64,000 nt of DNA from Eukaryota sp. TZLM1-RC. Its lineage: Eukaryota > Protista > Metamonada: BaSk clade. The notes under the pieces were generated by a model. That model saw only the letters and a program-made list of their open reading frames with translations, did not search any database and was not told where the DNA came from. The stretch's first letter is position 1. Each line of letters starts with the position of its first letter. The DNA lies in contig JAUPSS010000012.1 in assembly GCA_040285825.1 (NCBI GenBank), positions 124,001 to 188,000 on the forward strand, read 5' to 3'. The position numbers and the translations under genes were made by a program. This document shows, piece by piece, positions 47,050-59,790 of this stretch.

Positions 47050-49065
47050 TATTATATTACGAAGAATCAAATAAAAACAAAACAAACTAAAACACATAAG
47101 AAACTAAATTCTCCACGCCAACTCTTGATGTATCCTTATAAAGTTTGGACATCATTAAACTCAGGTACTTGGGAACACTTCTGTACAAAGCGAAAATAAT
47201 ACGATTCTTCCATAAATTCCCTACAAAATTCTTACCACTTGAACGACATAAATTACCAAAATCATTGATGAAATTCAAGGCGGATTGTCCAATGTTGTCA
47301 AAAATCGAAAAGGCAAAAGGAACAAACGAAAACATCGAGTAAAGATTCTTATTTAAATCATTTAATATCTCAGTATATTTATCTCTCTTACGATCTTCAG
47401 CCTTGTTTAAATGACCATTAGTACTAAGTAAAACATCATCGCGATAAACAAAAGCAAAGGGATCAACTGTAGTGAAATCAACAACAACTTGAGAGGAATC
47501 CACAAAAGGAGCAATTAAATCACCTCGACGTGAATTAAATAGATTATTATCGCTATAATGCTTCAACAATGGTTCTACTTTGCAACTGAAATTGTAACAC
47601 TTGAACATCTCATATGTCACATCACGAACGGCATTATGAAGAACTGACCTATATTGGAGAAATTTCTTACAGCTCACAATATGACGGAAATTGGCAGTAG
47701 GTTTTTTGTTACAAATACAATAAGAATTGTCCAAAAGACCACTTGCATACATCCCTAATCTCAACCGCATGTTTTGTTTCACAGCTTCATTTGTTAAGTG
47801 AAGACCAAATGGCCTTGGTTGCTGAGATATTAAACTAGTGCAGTTCTGAATGTCTGATAAAAAGGCAGCAAAGACGGGATTATTAATCTTAGTCACACTA
47901 AGTCGTTTAGAAAAATCCAGGTCTTCAAAACCAATTAGAACAGACTGCTGTTACTTCACAACAGCAAGATGAAGATTGGTAAAAGATCTCGAAGGCACAG
48001 CAGGCAAACTTGAAGGAAAACTCCTATTCCAAACATCAACAGGTAGTTTCTGCACCATGTTTTCAAGAGAAATTAATAAAGGATCTTATTCATTCAAAGG
48101 AATATGATCAAAACGAAGTTTCCACTCAAAAAGAAAATTTTTCATACCACCAATAAAAGCACTTTTGCATAAATACTCTGCTTTTGAAAAACCAACTCCA
48201 CCAAATTTAGGACTAAAAAATGCATGATAAGGAATTTTAGATGGACAAACTTCTACTAAATTTCCTAAGAAATTTGTTCTCAAAGTATTAAATTGACGTG
48301 CAAAATCATGAGAAATTGTGGGAGATAAAGAACGAAGAAGATGATTAATTTTTGATCCAACACACACATTTAGGACCGAAGACGCTAAATGTTTGTCAAT
48401 TTCTAGATCTTGAATAGCCAAAAGTTGCTCTTCGATTTTTTCCAAAATACCTGACAAAATCGATTTAACTTTTTCACAATTTCCAAAATAAGAGCCAAGA
48501 AACCGAATAGCATCTTCCTCGTAATCAACGTATTTGATAAAAGTTTCATTAAATGCCACCTCCGCATTCTGATTACCAATAATGAAACACTTGGGCAATT
48601 TAATATCTAACCCTATTTGTTTGGACAGAAAAACAAAATGTTGTAACCCGTGTTGTAAAAGAGACAAAGGGCCGATAAGTGATAAATCATCTGCATAAGC
48701 ACATATATGAATGTCAGGAAAATCCGACTTAAATTTTACCAAAACTGATTGCAGTGCTAAGCAAAAGAAAAATGGACCCAATGGATCCCCTTGTTTGACG
48801 CCTCTTGACGAAACAATATTCGCAGATTAAAAAATTAAGTTTGAGGGTGATCCATACATCAATTTAAAATACGGCAAAAGTGGAGGATAATGTAGTACAA
48901 GTTCTTGCAAAATACTGGAGCGAAAAACCGAGTTGAAAGCATTTTTAAAATCAATGTTCAATAAATAATTTTCGCATTTTTGATTGAAAAGTAAATCTGT
49001 ACACAACGCAGCACAAGTTGTGCCATCAGGAATTCCGATAGCAAACTGATAAGGACGAAAAAAAA
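47050..49065 (-). mobile_element. Degenerate CRE-like retrotransposon, family D
   Basis: GVKQGDPLGP, YADD, GGVG, HNAVRD, RRGDLIAP, AEDRKRDKY across ORFs 48086-48781 and 47087-47896. Confidence 0.88.
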
Positions 49066-49563
49066 TTTAGTAGAAATGTTCATTTTTAATCTTACTTTCT
49101 CTTCTTTGTTCAATAAATAATCTATTGATTCTTTTTTAGTTCTTAACAATAATATTAAATTTGTCTCCATAAATCAGCCCCCATAAACAATCTTCATTGG
49201 AAAAAGGTCCTCTACTTAGGAACGGAACATGAACATACATAATAACATTGAACTCAAACCCTAGTTTTTCTGAAACCTGGTTGAATGTTAAGCTGTTGAT
49301 AATTCCTTGCCGATTTGTGTGAGTAAATTGGAAGTTTGTTGTTGATGAAGTTGGTAAAGAAAATAGTTTTTTGTATATAAATAATTTTAAAGAAATTCTG
49401 AGCAAGATGAAAAGGTAGTTAGCCAAGTATATATCTTCCGAGAAGATGGAAAGGTGAAAACAATAATAAATACTACATTTAATAGTGATACTGTTTTTCC
49501 TCAAACAGTGGTATGTTTAATTATTTAAAACAGATTAAAAATAATATTGTTTATCACAATTAT

Positions 49564-50091
49564 CTAAGCAAAATAGCACTCCCATATGACATGGTTTGAC
49601 TTACCACAACACAAACAAAACGCCCTTCTATTAAAGGCAGGTCTATTGGAACACTGTTTGCAATAATGCATTCCTTTACAATAAATGCAATAAAGTTCAG
49701 GAAAATCATCAGAACAGTCACACGGCATCTCTCCATGTTGTCCACCACATTTATAACAGTAATCTGTGGCTTCGAGGTCCAAAACCCCAAATGTATTTAT
49801 AGGACAGTCCTTCCACATATGACCCTCCCTGCCGCACACATAGCATCCGTGAGAGAGACGCCATGGGTCAACTTCTCTTTTGTGTGATGGAGAACGGAAA
49901 TAACGGAATGAAGTGGCAAAATAATGCCCATCGTCGTCATTTGAAGAAGGTACTGCGGTGAGATCACATACCATTTTGTCAGCCTTAGTTATGGCGATCT
50001 CTGCCTCGTATTCGCTATCTGGAGAGTCATCACGTAACCCTGTGGTTTGTTCATCATATACTTGGGTGTCATCTTCATCAGGACTAATCAT
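49564..50091 (-). CDS. Multi zinc-knuckle (CCHC) protein, Air1/Air2-like or retroelement-derived
   Basis: CYVCGREGHMWKDC, CYKCGGQH, CIYCKGMH, CLCCGKSNHVIWEC; start uncertain. Confidence 0.55.
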   Translation of the reverse strand: MISPDEDDTQVYDEQTTGLRDDSPDSEYEAEIAITKADKMVCDLTAVPSSNDDDGHYFATSFRYFRSPSHKREVDPWRLSHGCYVCGREGHMWKDCPINTFGVLDLEATDYCYKCGGQHGEMPCDCSDDFPELYCIYCKGMHYCKQCSNRPAFNRRAFCLCCGKSNHVIWECYFA

Positions 50092-50689
50092 ATATTCATA
50101 GGGGTCTTCGTGTTACAACAGTTGGGGTAATGAGTTGGTGACTGTGAATCTTCAATTGTGGTTTTCGTTTTGTGCACTGCATTTTGGTGCTGAATTCCCC
50201 CAAACTACACTTCTTCTGTTTCTGCCTTCATAAACTTGATGAATCCATACGAATCACCCATAAAACTTGCTTGTTTAGAGGATGTACAATCCCCAGGTAC
50301 ACCACAACTTGAATTTCCCTTTTCTACTTCTGAAATGACTGAAGATGTACAATCTCTACGTTCACCACAACTTGTCGAACCTCCTTCTGCGAAATTGTTT
50401 TCATTTGTTCAGAAAGACAATTCAATGCTGCTACCAATGTCGAAAACTCACATAGTTTTGAATTTTAATAAATTAGTTTTAATACGTAAACAATGAAAGA
50501 TTATTGTTATTTATTGTGACAAAAAACAACCTTATTCTTTTGTATCATGCTCGACATACTCACAAAGATCAGGATTACTTAAATACGGTGAAACATAAAA
50601 CTTTCTGTTGAGCCAACCCGCATGTTCAAACAACAAAGTACAATCATAATTTCTCAAGCTCTCTAAGCATGACAAAATCACCAGTGATG

Positions 50690-51430
50690 GAGGAGCAAAA
50701 GGGTAAAGAGAAGACTCTTTTCGAACACATCTTCGTAAGATATCAAAAAATGCTTCAATGGGATTAGATTCTGGTGCTTATAGCTGTAAAATCATATATC
50801 TGAGTCCTGTTTTCCGTACTGCATTGAAAAAATGAGGAGATTTGTGAATACCATAACCATCCATAATTAGCACTGATCTTGGAACAGGAAACCTGTGGGT
50901 TACACCGGAAAAAATAAGATCTTTCAAGAAACCAATGAATTGGATTCGATTAAAATGTCCTTCTTTCATTTGCCCAGCAAGGTAATCAAATCGGTTGATA
51001 GCCACTACTACAGAGATTTGTGCTACAATTGATTTTATTCCTTTGATAAACGGACTTTTGCCAGTAGGGGACCAAATATATTTAGTGTGAAAATGCTTTC
51101 TAATAAAGGATAGTTCATCAATAAGCAGTAACTGAGAATGAATTACAGGTCCCACTACTGAGGAGAACTTCAAAGAAAACTTATTTATTAGACTTGTCTT
51201 GCATTTAGATACCACTACACGAGCAACCTTGTTACTATATCCCGCATTCTGGAGAATTCTATTGATTGTACTTTCAGAAACTTTCTTCCCAAATGTCCCT
51301 TAAATGAGCTCCATTCACCACTTGGATTAATTCCATTATGTTTGCAACAGAATTTCGAATTGTGTTGAGTGGTGGTAATGGTAGTTTTCCATTTTCTATG
51401 AATTGAATGAGAGACAACACCGTCAGTCAA
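50690..51430 (-). pseudogene. Tc1/IS630-family transposase remnant
   Basis: LIDE, LIMDGYGIHK and, past a stop, APESNPIEAFF (NPIE motif). Confidence 0.75.
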
Positions 51431-51695
51431 TTTTAAATCACAACTTAGTTCTAATTAATGCACTGTTTCATAGAATCAATCAATCAAAGTCTGGTTTTGT
51501 TCTGTCAAATGATTAGTTTTACTTACTTGTAAAGCACAATAAGAATGTTCTTTCTCTTTTCAACTACTATCTTACAAATACCTAAAATACGTAAACTAAC
51601 TATTAGTAATTTTATACATCATCTTTCAATCATAACTTTTGTAATTAAAATGAGATCAAGTGTTTATAATTACAACATTAAAATGAAATTTATAA

Positions 51696-52433
51696 TCATT
51701 TCTTGCTACAAGATCCTATGAACATTGATACATCATCCAATTTGTGCTTCTTTACTGAAATTGAACCAAAAACAATAGGTGAAGCATGCTGGCTAAAGCT
51801 AAACTCCCCTTTGCTCTTCCCTGCAACCTTAGATGCTCCAGGTAGACTGGCTGCGGCATTAATATGAGTTGTGCTGTGATGAGAAAACAAAACCAAAACA
51901 ACATACATTTCTGTTTCCAAAATAGACCGTACATAATCCACATTATCTCCACCAATAACGTCATTCTTATTGACAGCAATGAGCACGGGTATGCGACGCT
52001 TAACAACATCATCGTTGGAAAGAACTTCATATAGAAGCCTTCCGGTCTGCGACTTGGTTTGTTCGATATTAGGTCCATCTATCATAAACACGATGGCAAT
52101 AGAGCGCCGCAGGACAGTAGAGAGAGCACCACGAAGCCTTTCATGACCAGGGAAATCTAATAGAGCTATTGATTTTCTATGTTTTCGGGTCAGTTTCGGA
52201 ATAAATGTGTTTGTATCAAAGGTGGCCTCATTTTGTACCATCGAAGTGTGAGTTTTGATGAGATCACCTGTTTTGTAGTGGTAAAACAATGCGGTTTTTC
52301 CCGAGTCAACAGGACCAATGAGGGAGATAACATCGGCAACACGTCTTGATCGAAGTAATCCTCTAAATATCAGAAGGATGATGAGAAAGACAAATGCTGG
52401 AACAGTGACATAGACTATATTTAAGTAGTTCAT
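51696..52433 (-). CDS. SRPRB: Signal recognition particle receptor beta subunit (probable in-frame intron 51874-51906)
   Basis: N-terminal TM, GPVDSGKTALF, THTSM, DFPGHERLR, NKND; a 33-nt GTATGT...CTCATCACAG segment fits the intron consensus. Confidence 0.9.
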   Translation of the reverse strand: MNYLNIVYVTVPAFVFLIILLIFRGLLRSRRVADVISLIGPVDSGKTALFYHYKTGDLIKTHTSMVQNEATFDTNTFIPKLTRKHRKSIALLDFPGHERLRGALSTVLRRSIAIVFMIDGPNIEQTKSQTGRLLYEVLSNDDVVKRRIPVLIAVNKNDVIGGDNVDYVRSILETEMYVVLVLFSHHSTTHINAAASLPGASKVAGKSKGEFSFSQHASPIVFGSISVKKHKLDDVSMFIGSCSKK

Positions 52434-52553
52434 TAGGAAGGTGTGTTAAGTCCAGTGACTGAATCGTCAGTTCTTTTGGAGATAAAGTTGACCTCAAAAT
52501 GTAAAGACAAAACCACTCTAATCTTACAATTTCATAATAATAACTATACCATA

Positions 52554-53598
52554 ATGCATCCCGATGAAGCAGACTTCAACAATCTAGATCCTACTGCATC
52601 TTATTCTGCCAGCTTCCTGGACTCTTTACGTCACAAAATGGACAAGAAATGGGCCCAAATATATTGTACCCACCGTGAAATTAAACATTATGGCAAAAAA
52701 CAAGAACTAATACAGCGAGTCATTGATCATGCCGCTGGAAAAAAGGTTCCTTCAGCAAGACGTTATGGCAAGAGGCATAAATTAGCAAGCTCTGCACCCA
52801 GTACACCAGCCCCAGGTGCAGAGCCCACTCAGACAACAACAGAACAAGTTACTCATCCTACACAAGGACCTAGAAGTATTGATTCTACTGTTGTTCCAGC
52901 TGTGTTCTCTCTAGACCTACATGAATCTCCTCTTGGAAGAATCCAGCTGTCACAGTATGGGTTTTATCTCTCAATCTTACCACAGAGCAATGAAACCACA
53001 TCCTGCTCCATCAGGTTTTGGACTCATTCCCGCCAATGAATCATTGTATAATGCCATCAGTGACGATCCTAGAAGGCTGATAGCTCCGTCTGTTTACCTC
53101 AACAATCGCATGGACGGTGTTCTCTCATCTTTGAGTTTTAAAATCCTATTCTGGCCCAATCTTGAGGATTTGGTTCCCACTTCACTCGCTAAAACTTGGT
53201 TTGTTCAGGATTCTGAAAACCAAATGGTCTGTAAAACCACAATATCTTCAACATACCACTGTGACTGCAACACCACACTTTTTCCCTGCAATCATGTTCT
53301 CTTCATCCTTCTCCGGGCCCTCTCCCTGGAAAGAACAAACAATGCTCTTAGTGTCACAGGACTCCATGGCCATGAACTGTTATGGTTATGGAAGCATTCT
53401 CTCAAACATTTTCTTCGAGTTAAAGCTTGGTGTAGAGTTTGCTGTTCTACATTGGAAAAGGATTCAGATGTTGTTTCTTGTCATAATTGTGCTTGCCAAA
53501 TACACAGAAAATGTGGTGAATTTTGGAGGGATTTTAAGCTGAGGATAGGTACCACCCCTGATTGTATGTTGTGTGGACAAACTTATAGGTTTGGTTGA
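52554..53598 (+). CDS. SAP-like / SWIM / RING-like zinc-finger protein (about 337 aa; intron 52955-52985)
   Basis: YGKKQELIQRV (SAP-like), CDC...PCNH (SWIM), CRVC...CHNC...HRKC...CMLC; a 31-nt GTATGG...CTTACCACAG intron joins the two ORFs in frame. Confidence 0.75.
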
Positions 53599-54004
53599 AG
53601 TTTTTTGGTATTAGTTTTTTGTAATTTATTTTGTTTTATATTCCATCTTTGTTTTTTGTGGGTTATGCACTTTTGTAAACGTTATTGTTATTTTTTTTAA
53701 TTTTTTGGTTATTTGTATTTAACATACCTGCAGATGATTTGTGCTTTAGCTTTACATATATGATAATCTTGAAAAAAGAAATTAAATAAATCTGATTAAT
53801 TATATCAATACCCTTTTATGAATTGCCAAATTTTCTCATAAGTTGAATAGTTTTTTGCGGGAGCCAATTTCGTGTTTGTCTACAACAAAAATACTGTTGG
53901 ACCTGGAAAGGGAACGGTAAAGGTCAATTACCTACAGATAATTTGATAAATCAACTGACACAGTATTTTGGTCTGAAATACTTAGTAGTTTCATTTATAA
54001 TAGA

Positions 54005-55292
54005 CTTTTTTATTGATCTTGCACACTTCGCAAAATAAACTTATAACCAATGGGACGAAATTCATTGAACCAAGATTTCCTCTACAAAACCTTGAGCTGC
54101 TTGCTGTCTAGCTAAAGTTTCTCTAATTCAATTTAAAAACCGAGGTAATCTATTAATAACGGCAAATTGAATCCGAAAGCGCCACAAAAATATCAAATCC
54201 TATCACTGTTTTTGTTGAACTATTTTGTGGTAATAAATCAAAAAAGTTCCTGCTTCTACTGATAGTTTTACGTTTATCGAGAATGGGAAAGCAATAAAAA
54301 CAAGTGGTCTATTTCTACCAACATTAGTGTCTTTGATATCTTTGTCATATTTTCTATGTTTTCTTTTGCTTTTGAAAACAGCACTCACAGGATTAAGTTT
54401 TCTTCTGTGAACCAAAGTATCATTTGCAACATTACATGAGACAAAGTCAACAATAGCTTCAGAATTATCAATCCAATCACAGTATACATCACCTCTATCA
54501 TCAGAACCAAAATTATTCAGAGATAGTGTTTCCTTCAGCAGAGACTCTTTGATACACAATATCCTTGCAGTTTGTGCCATATTGAAAACAGTGTCTCTAA
54601 CAGCATCATGTAATGAAGAACGATAAGTTATCAATTTAGAACAAATCAGAGCATGGCGCAAAGTGAGTTGAGGTGAATTCGAACAAATACATTTTTCTCT
54701 TGATAATAATTGATTAATGGGGATATTCAAATATAACCTCATTTTTGTTACAAATGCTTCATTAGTGGCACACAATCCAAATCTTCGTGGTACAATGGTT
54801 ACAAAAAGTGAAGAATATGATGACTTGTTTTCACAAAAACCCTTCTCCAATAACAATGAGTGAAGATCTTGATTTAAAACAGCCGAGCTGCATATTGAGG
54901 GTCTTTGCTCGTGAGATTGCGACATACAATGTAAAAGTAATGAGATTTATTACGAAGAGGAATTGTATTCTCTCTTCTTAAACTAATAGGCGGGATACTA
55001 ATAAACTATATAATTAAACTATAATTACTATTCAAGACTAACAATATATTATCATAAAGATCATTTTCATACATTCCAGTCAATCGTTTTTGTAGTGTTC
55101 GAAGAGTGTACTTCAAATTTTAAACATTCTTTTCTGGAATATTGCCATTGAATGATTGGGGAAAATATCGACCCCATTTTTTTACATCTATTTTTGAAAT
55201 TGCTTCATTTAATGCAACAGCAGTGGAACTTTGCGTTGACACTAATAAATCCTCCCAATCGGCAAATCTTTCGGAAAACTCAACAATTGCAT
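54005..55292 (-). mobile_element. 5'-truncated degenerate CRE-like family A copy
   Basis: Matches the family A zinc/RLE region and 3' end; interrupted at 54896-55043. Confidence 0.88.
54896..55043. mobile_element. Probable solo LTR of a second family
   Basis: 148-bp insertion with TG...CA ends and 4-bp TSD ATAT; absent from other family A copies. Confidence 0.7.
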
Positions 55293-55789
55293 TCATTTAT
55301 CCAATATAACTTTAAAATAACATGTTATTGATATTATCAAAATTTTGATTAATTCAGCATATTAAAAACAAAATCAGAATATTTAGTCACTATATTTTGT
55401 AATCTTTCATATGTTGATGATATTGATTTTTGCTCTAACTTTCTCAATGTTTCAATTATATTGCAACAAGCCACTTTGAAAAAAGCTCCCGATTTACTGA
55501 GATGTTGATTTGGTCACTCTGATGATTTGATTATTGGTGATAAACTGCGATGTCAGAAGGACAAGAGCTGGTTGAACATTTGATGTAGACAATTGAAAGT
55601 TATTCACTTCCACATCCAACCATATTTCAAAGGGACTTGACTATTCTATCTAAAATCATAGTTGAAAAAGAGGAATTGGTCACATGCATGAAGTCAATGA
55701 AGAATTCTCAAAAATGATAGAATTATGTCCTTCCTCAACATATAACCATTTAACTTAAAACCTGGCTGAACCGCGGTCATTGCTTCTAT

Positions 55790-58700
55790 TCTTTCTTGTT
55801 GATGCCTGAATCAGTTTCTGATTCTAATGGAGTCAAAAGAAAGAATGATAGACAACAAGAAGCTCAAGACATCCTTTCCACCTCTCCTCCTCAACCTCTT
55901 CTCTCTTCATTTTTGGACAAAAAAAATTCTGATCAAGAATTTTTAGACAATCACGATGAAAAAAAAGTTTGTTCAAAAACAAAGCCACGCTCCTACAGAT
56001 GCTCAAAGTGTCGACAACAGGGACATAATGCTCGAACATGCCCCAATGTTGGAAAAAATGATGCGGCAAATTCTGAAACAAAATGTAAAAGAAAATTTAT
56101 TAGAAGGAAAGAGTCTAAGGTAGAACCCATAAATAATGCTCCACAAGTTGTTGCAAAACCAGTTAGCAATCGATTGAAGCACAAAACTTGCAACACTTGT
56201 GGTATTTCTTTTAGAAAAAATGCAAAAGGAAAAACTTCTGATCGCTGCTTGAAATGCCGCATAGTTGATAACTACCATCCTCCTATAAGAATACCTCAAG
56301 AAATTCATCCGACCAAATGCAATGAATTTGCTTTCGTTTTTCAAAGATTTTTGGATCAATTATGTAAAGGAAAGTATGCTATCAATAATATTTGGGAATT
56401 TTTTTGGTTCTTTTTGTCCTCCTTTTGAACAAAATTTCGTTAATATTTCCGAAGATTTAACTAATATAGCACCGAGAAATCAGTCATCCGAGAAATTAAG
56501 TAAAATTTTTGAAGACAAATGCTTTGACAACAAATGGTCCAAGGCTTTGTCAGCTTTAAGTCCCGGAGTCAAAGCACCAAACAATGAAAATACAATAGAA
56601 AAACTGAAAATTCTTCATCCTTATGAAGACCCTATAATGGATCAAAATTTTTACGGCACATACTGGGAAAATTATCCATTGATGCCATCAGAAGTTTTTT
56701 CGGTTATCAAAAAGAGACCTCGTGGTAAGTCTGCCGGACTTTCTGGTATTACTATTGATCATGTAAAAGCCGCGATTATTTCTTCAGAAGATTGCCTTGG
56801 TTTATTGACTAAATTTTTCAACCAAATATTATCTGACTTTCTGGTATTAATATTGATCATTTAAAAGCCGCAATTATTTCTTCAGAGGATTGTCTTGGTT
56901 TATTAACCAAATTTTACAACAAAATATTGACTGGACAACTCAGATACCCAGAAGAATTAAGAAGTTCTCGTTTGACTGCACTTGTCAAAAATTCAAAAAT
57001 GGATGTTCGTCCTATTGCAGTCTCTGAGAGCTTACACAATATTTTTTCTGCGTGTTGCTTAAGCAGGTTCAATGAAAAAGCTAAAAAGATTTTATTACCC
57101 TTTCAATATGGTATAAATACTACAGATGGAGTCTCTTCAGCGATTTTTGCTACTGATGTCTTATTTCGTCAAAATGAATTCAATGTTTGCATGTCATTGG
57201 ATTTTAGTAATGCTTTCAATTCACTAAGTCGTCGCAGTATCCATGGTGCTCTATTGCAATATATGCCGGAATTAATACCATATTTTCAATCAACTTATTG
57301 CACATATTCTAATTTCCTTTTTGGTAACAACATTTTGAGTTCATCAAGTGGCGTAAAGCAAGGAGATCCGTTAGGACCTCTTTTGTTTTGTTTGGCCATC
57401 CATCCTATTCTACTGCAAATTCAAGAGATGTTTCCTTCACTAAAAATGATTGCATATATGGATGATGTTGTGCTTATTGGTGATTTAAATATTGTGAAAC
57501 AAGCAACTGTATGTTTTAAAGAATTATTTGCCAAAATTGGTCTCCGACTTAATTTACTTAAATGTGTTTTGTTATCGAATTCTCCAGTTTCCACAATAGT
57601 TGATGATATTGAAATTCAAGCCAAATTATATTCAATTGATGCTGTTCGTCATTCGGGTTCGTTTTTAGGAAATAATGATGAAATTACCAAACAATTGTTA
57701 GAAAAGTTGAACTCAATTTCTGACAAAATTGACCGAATGATGAATTTAGATATAAAAAAACACATCAAATTTACCATTATAAGACTGTGTTTCAGTTCCA
57801 ATTTTAATCATATATTTCGATCAACAAATCCTCTCGTCACTAGACCTTTGGCTCAAAAGTTTAATGAGTTACGTGCAAAAGTTCTGTCTCAATTACTGGG
57901 ATGTAAAATATTTCAAATTCCAGATCATGCTTACCTTAGTCCACATTATGGTGGTTTAGGGTGGACGAAGGCTTCTATTCTTACCTCATGTGCTTTTGTT
58001 GGTGGATGCAGAAATGCAATCTTTGAGTTTTCCGAAAGATTTGCAGATTGGGAAGATTTATTGATGACAACGCAAAGTTCCACTGTTTTTGCATTAAATG
58101 AAGAAATTTCAAGACTTGATGTAGAAAAATGGGGTCGATGTTTTCCCCAATCATTCAATGGCAATATTCCAGAAAAAAATGTTTTAAATTTGAAGTACAC
58201 TCTTCGAACATTACAGAAACGATTGACTGGAATGTATGAAAAAGATCTTTATAATAATATATGCAGCTCGGCTGTTTTAGATCAAGATCTTCACTCATTG
58301 TTATTGGAAAAGTGTGTTTGTGAAAACAAGTCGTCAGATTCTTCACTTTTTGTAACCATTGTACCACGAAGATTTGGATTGTGTGCCACTAATGAAGCAT
58401 TTGTAACAAAAATGAGATTATATTTGAACATCCCCATTAAATATTTTTTTTATTTATTGAATTTGCACACTTAATTAAATTAACTCAATACTAATCGGAC
58501 GACTATCATTGAACCTATTAACCATTAACCAGTTATTATTAAAAGAAAAATGTATTTGTTCGAATTCACCTCAACTCACTTTGCGCCATGCTCTGAATTG
58601 CTTGTTTATTGATAACTTATCGTTCTTCATTACATGATGCTGTTAGAGACACTGTTTTCAATATGGCACAAACTGCAAGGATATCGTGTATCAAAGAGCC

Positions 58701-59243
58701 CCTGCTGAAGGAAACACTTTCTCTGAATAATTTAGGTTCTGATGATAGAGGTGATGTATACTGTGATTGGATTGATAATTCTGAAGCTATTGTTGACTTT
58801 GTCTCATGTAATGTTGCAAATGATACTTTGGTTCACAGAAGAAAACTTAATCCTGTGGCTGCTCTGGATTTTAAAGCAAAAGAGAAACATAGAAAATATG
58901 ATAAAGATATTGAAGAGGCAAATCTCGATAGAAATACACAGCTGGTTTTTATTGCTTTCCCATTTTCGATAAATGGAAGATTATCAGATGAAGCAGAAAC
59001 TTTTTTGGATGACTTCCAAAAAATGGTGCAAGAAAAAACAATGAAAAGATTTGATACTTTTTTATGGCGTTCACGGATTCAATTTGCCATTATTAATAGA
59101 TTTCCGCGGTTTTTCAATCGAATAAGAGAAGCTTTAGCTAGACAGCAAGCAGATCAAGATTTTGTAGAGGAAATCTTGGTTCAATGATAGTCGTCCCATT
59201 AGTATTGAGTTAATTGAATTAAGTGTGCAAATTCAATAAATAT
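55790..59243 (+). mobile_element. Near full-length CRE-like retrotransposon, family A (zinc knuckle, RT, zinc motif, RLE)
   Basis: CSKCRQQGHNARTC, RPIAV, LDFSNAFNS, GVKQGDPLGP, YMDD, HDAVRD, RGD, KHRKY; broken by a T-run frameshift near 56400, a tandem duplication of about 95 bp (56737-56930) and an insertion at 58441. Confidence 0.93.
58441..58521 (-). mobile_element. Ultra-short antisense family A 3' end inserted into a family A copy
   Basis: Reverse complement of the element's last ~70 nt with a short A tail; 7-bp TSD CCATTAA (58434-58440, 58522-58528). Confidence 0.8.
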
Positions 59244-59504
59244 ATTATTTGTTCTGCAAATATTTGTACAAATTTCCTTTATTTTACCTTCTATTGACAG
59301 CAAACTCTGAAATCAACCCATAATTCGGTGATAAAAAAATAAATTAAGCTGCGTAACAATTGCTTCACAGATATTATAAGACCTAACATTTATCAACTGA
59401 TAACTGCTATTTGAACATGTATGCATTCTAAATACAAAAGTTTATGATACAGTGTTAGGAATTCACACAACACATCTAGTTCGTAAAGTGTTCACCAAGC
59501 AATC

Positions 59505-59678
59505 TTACTCCTTCTGTGTAAGTCTATCAAAAAAGTCACGAGCAAAAGCCAGTGGATCCTCAGGTTTCTCTGTGAGAACATTGGTCACAAGATCTTTCAG
59601 GCAACGTTGGAATTCAGGATGCGATGCAAAGTACTTCTCAGATTCAATGCGTTCCTGGACCTGTTCAGATTTATCCAT
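59505..59678 (-). CDS. Small RIIa/Dpy-30-like docking-domain protein (RIIAD1-like)
   Basis: ESEKYFASHPEF...VLTEKPEDPLAFARDFF. Confidence 0.75.
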   Translation of the reverse strand: MDKSEQVQERIESEKYFASHPEFQRCLKDLVTNVLTEKPEDPLAFARDFFDRLTQKE

Positions 59679-59790
59679 GTGGAAGTAGAGGTTAAAGAGG
59701 CGATTGGCTTTTAATTTCTGAATTCTGAATTCTGAATTCAAAATCCACCACATCCCAGATCACTCCTTCACAACTGTGTACATTTAGCCG

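Noticed and set aside
49500-51470. Tc1 element with AAACAGTG inverted ends capturing the zinc-knuckle gene
   Set aside because: Only 8 bp match and there is no TA target duplication.
56390-56410. Two-ORF organisation or programmed frameshift in family A
   Set aside because: The sister copy near 42545 has six Ts instead of seven and stays in frame.
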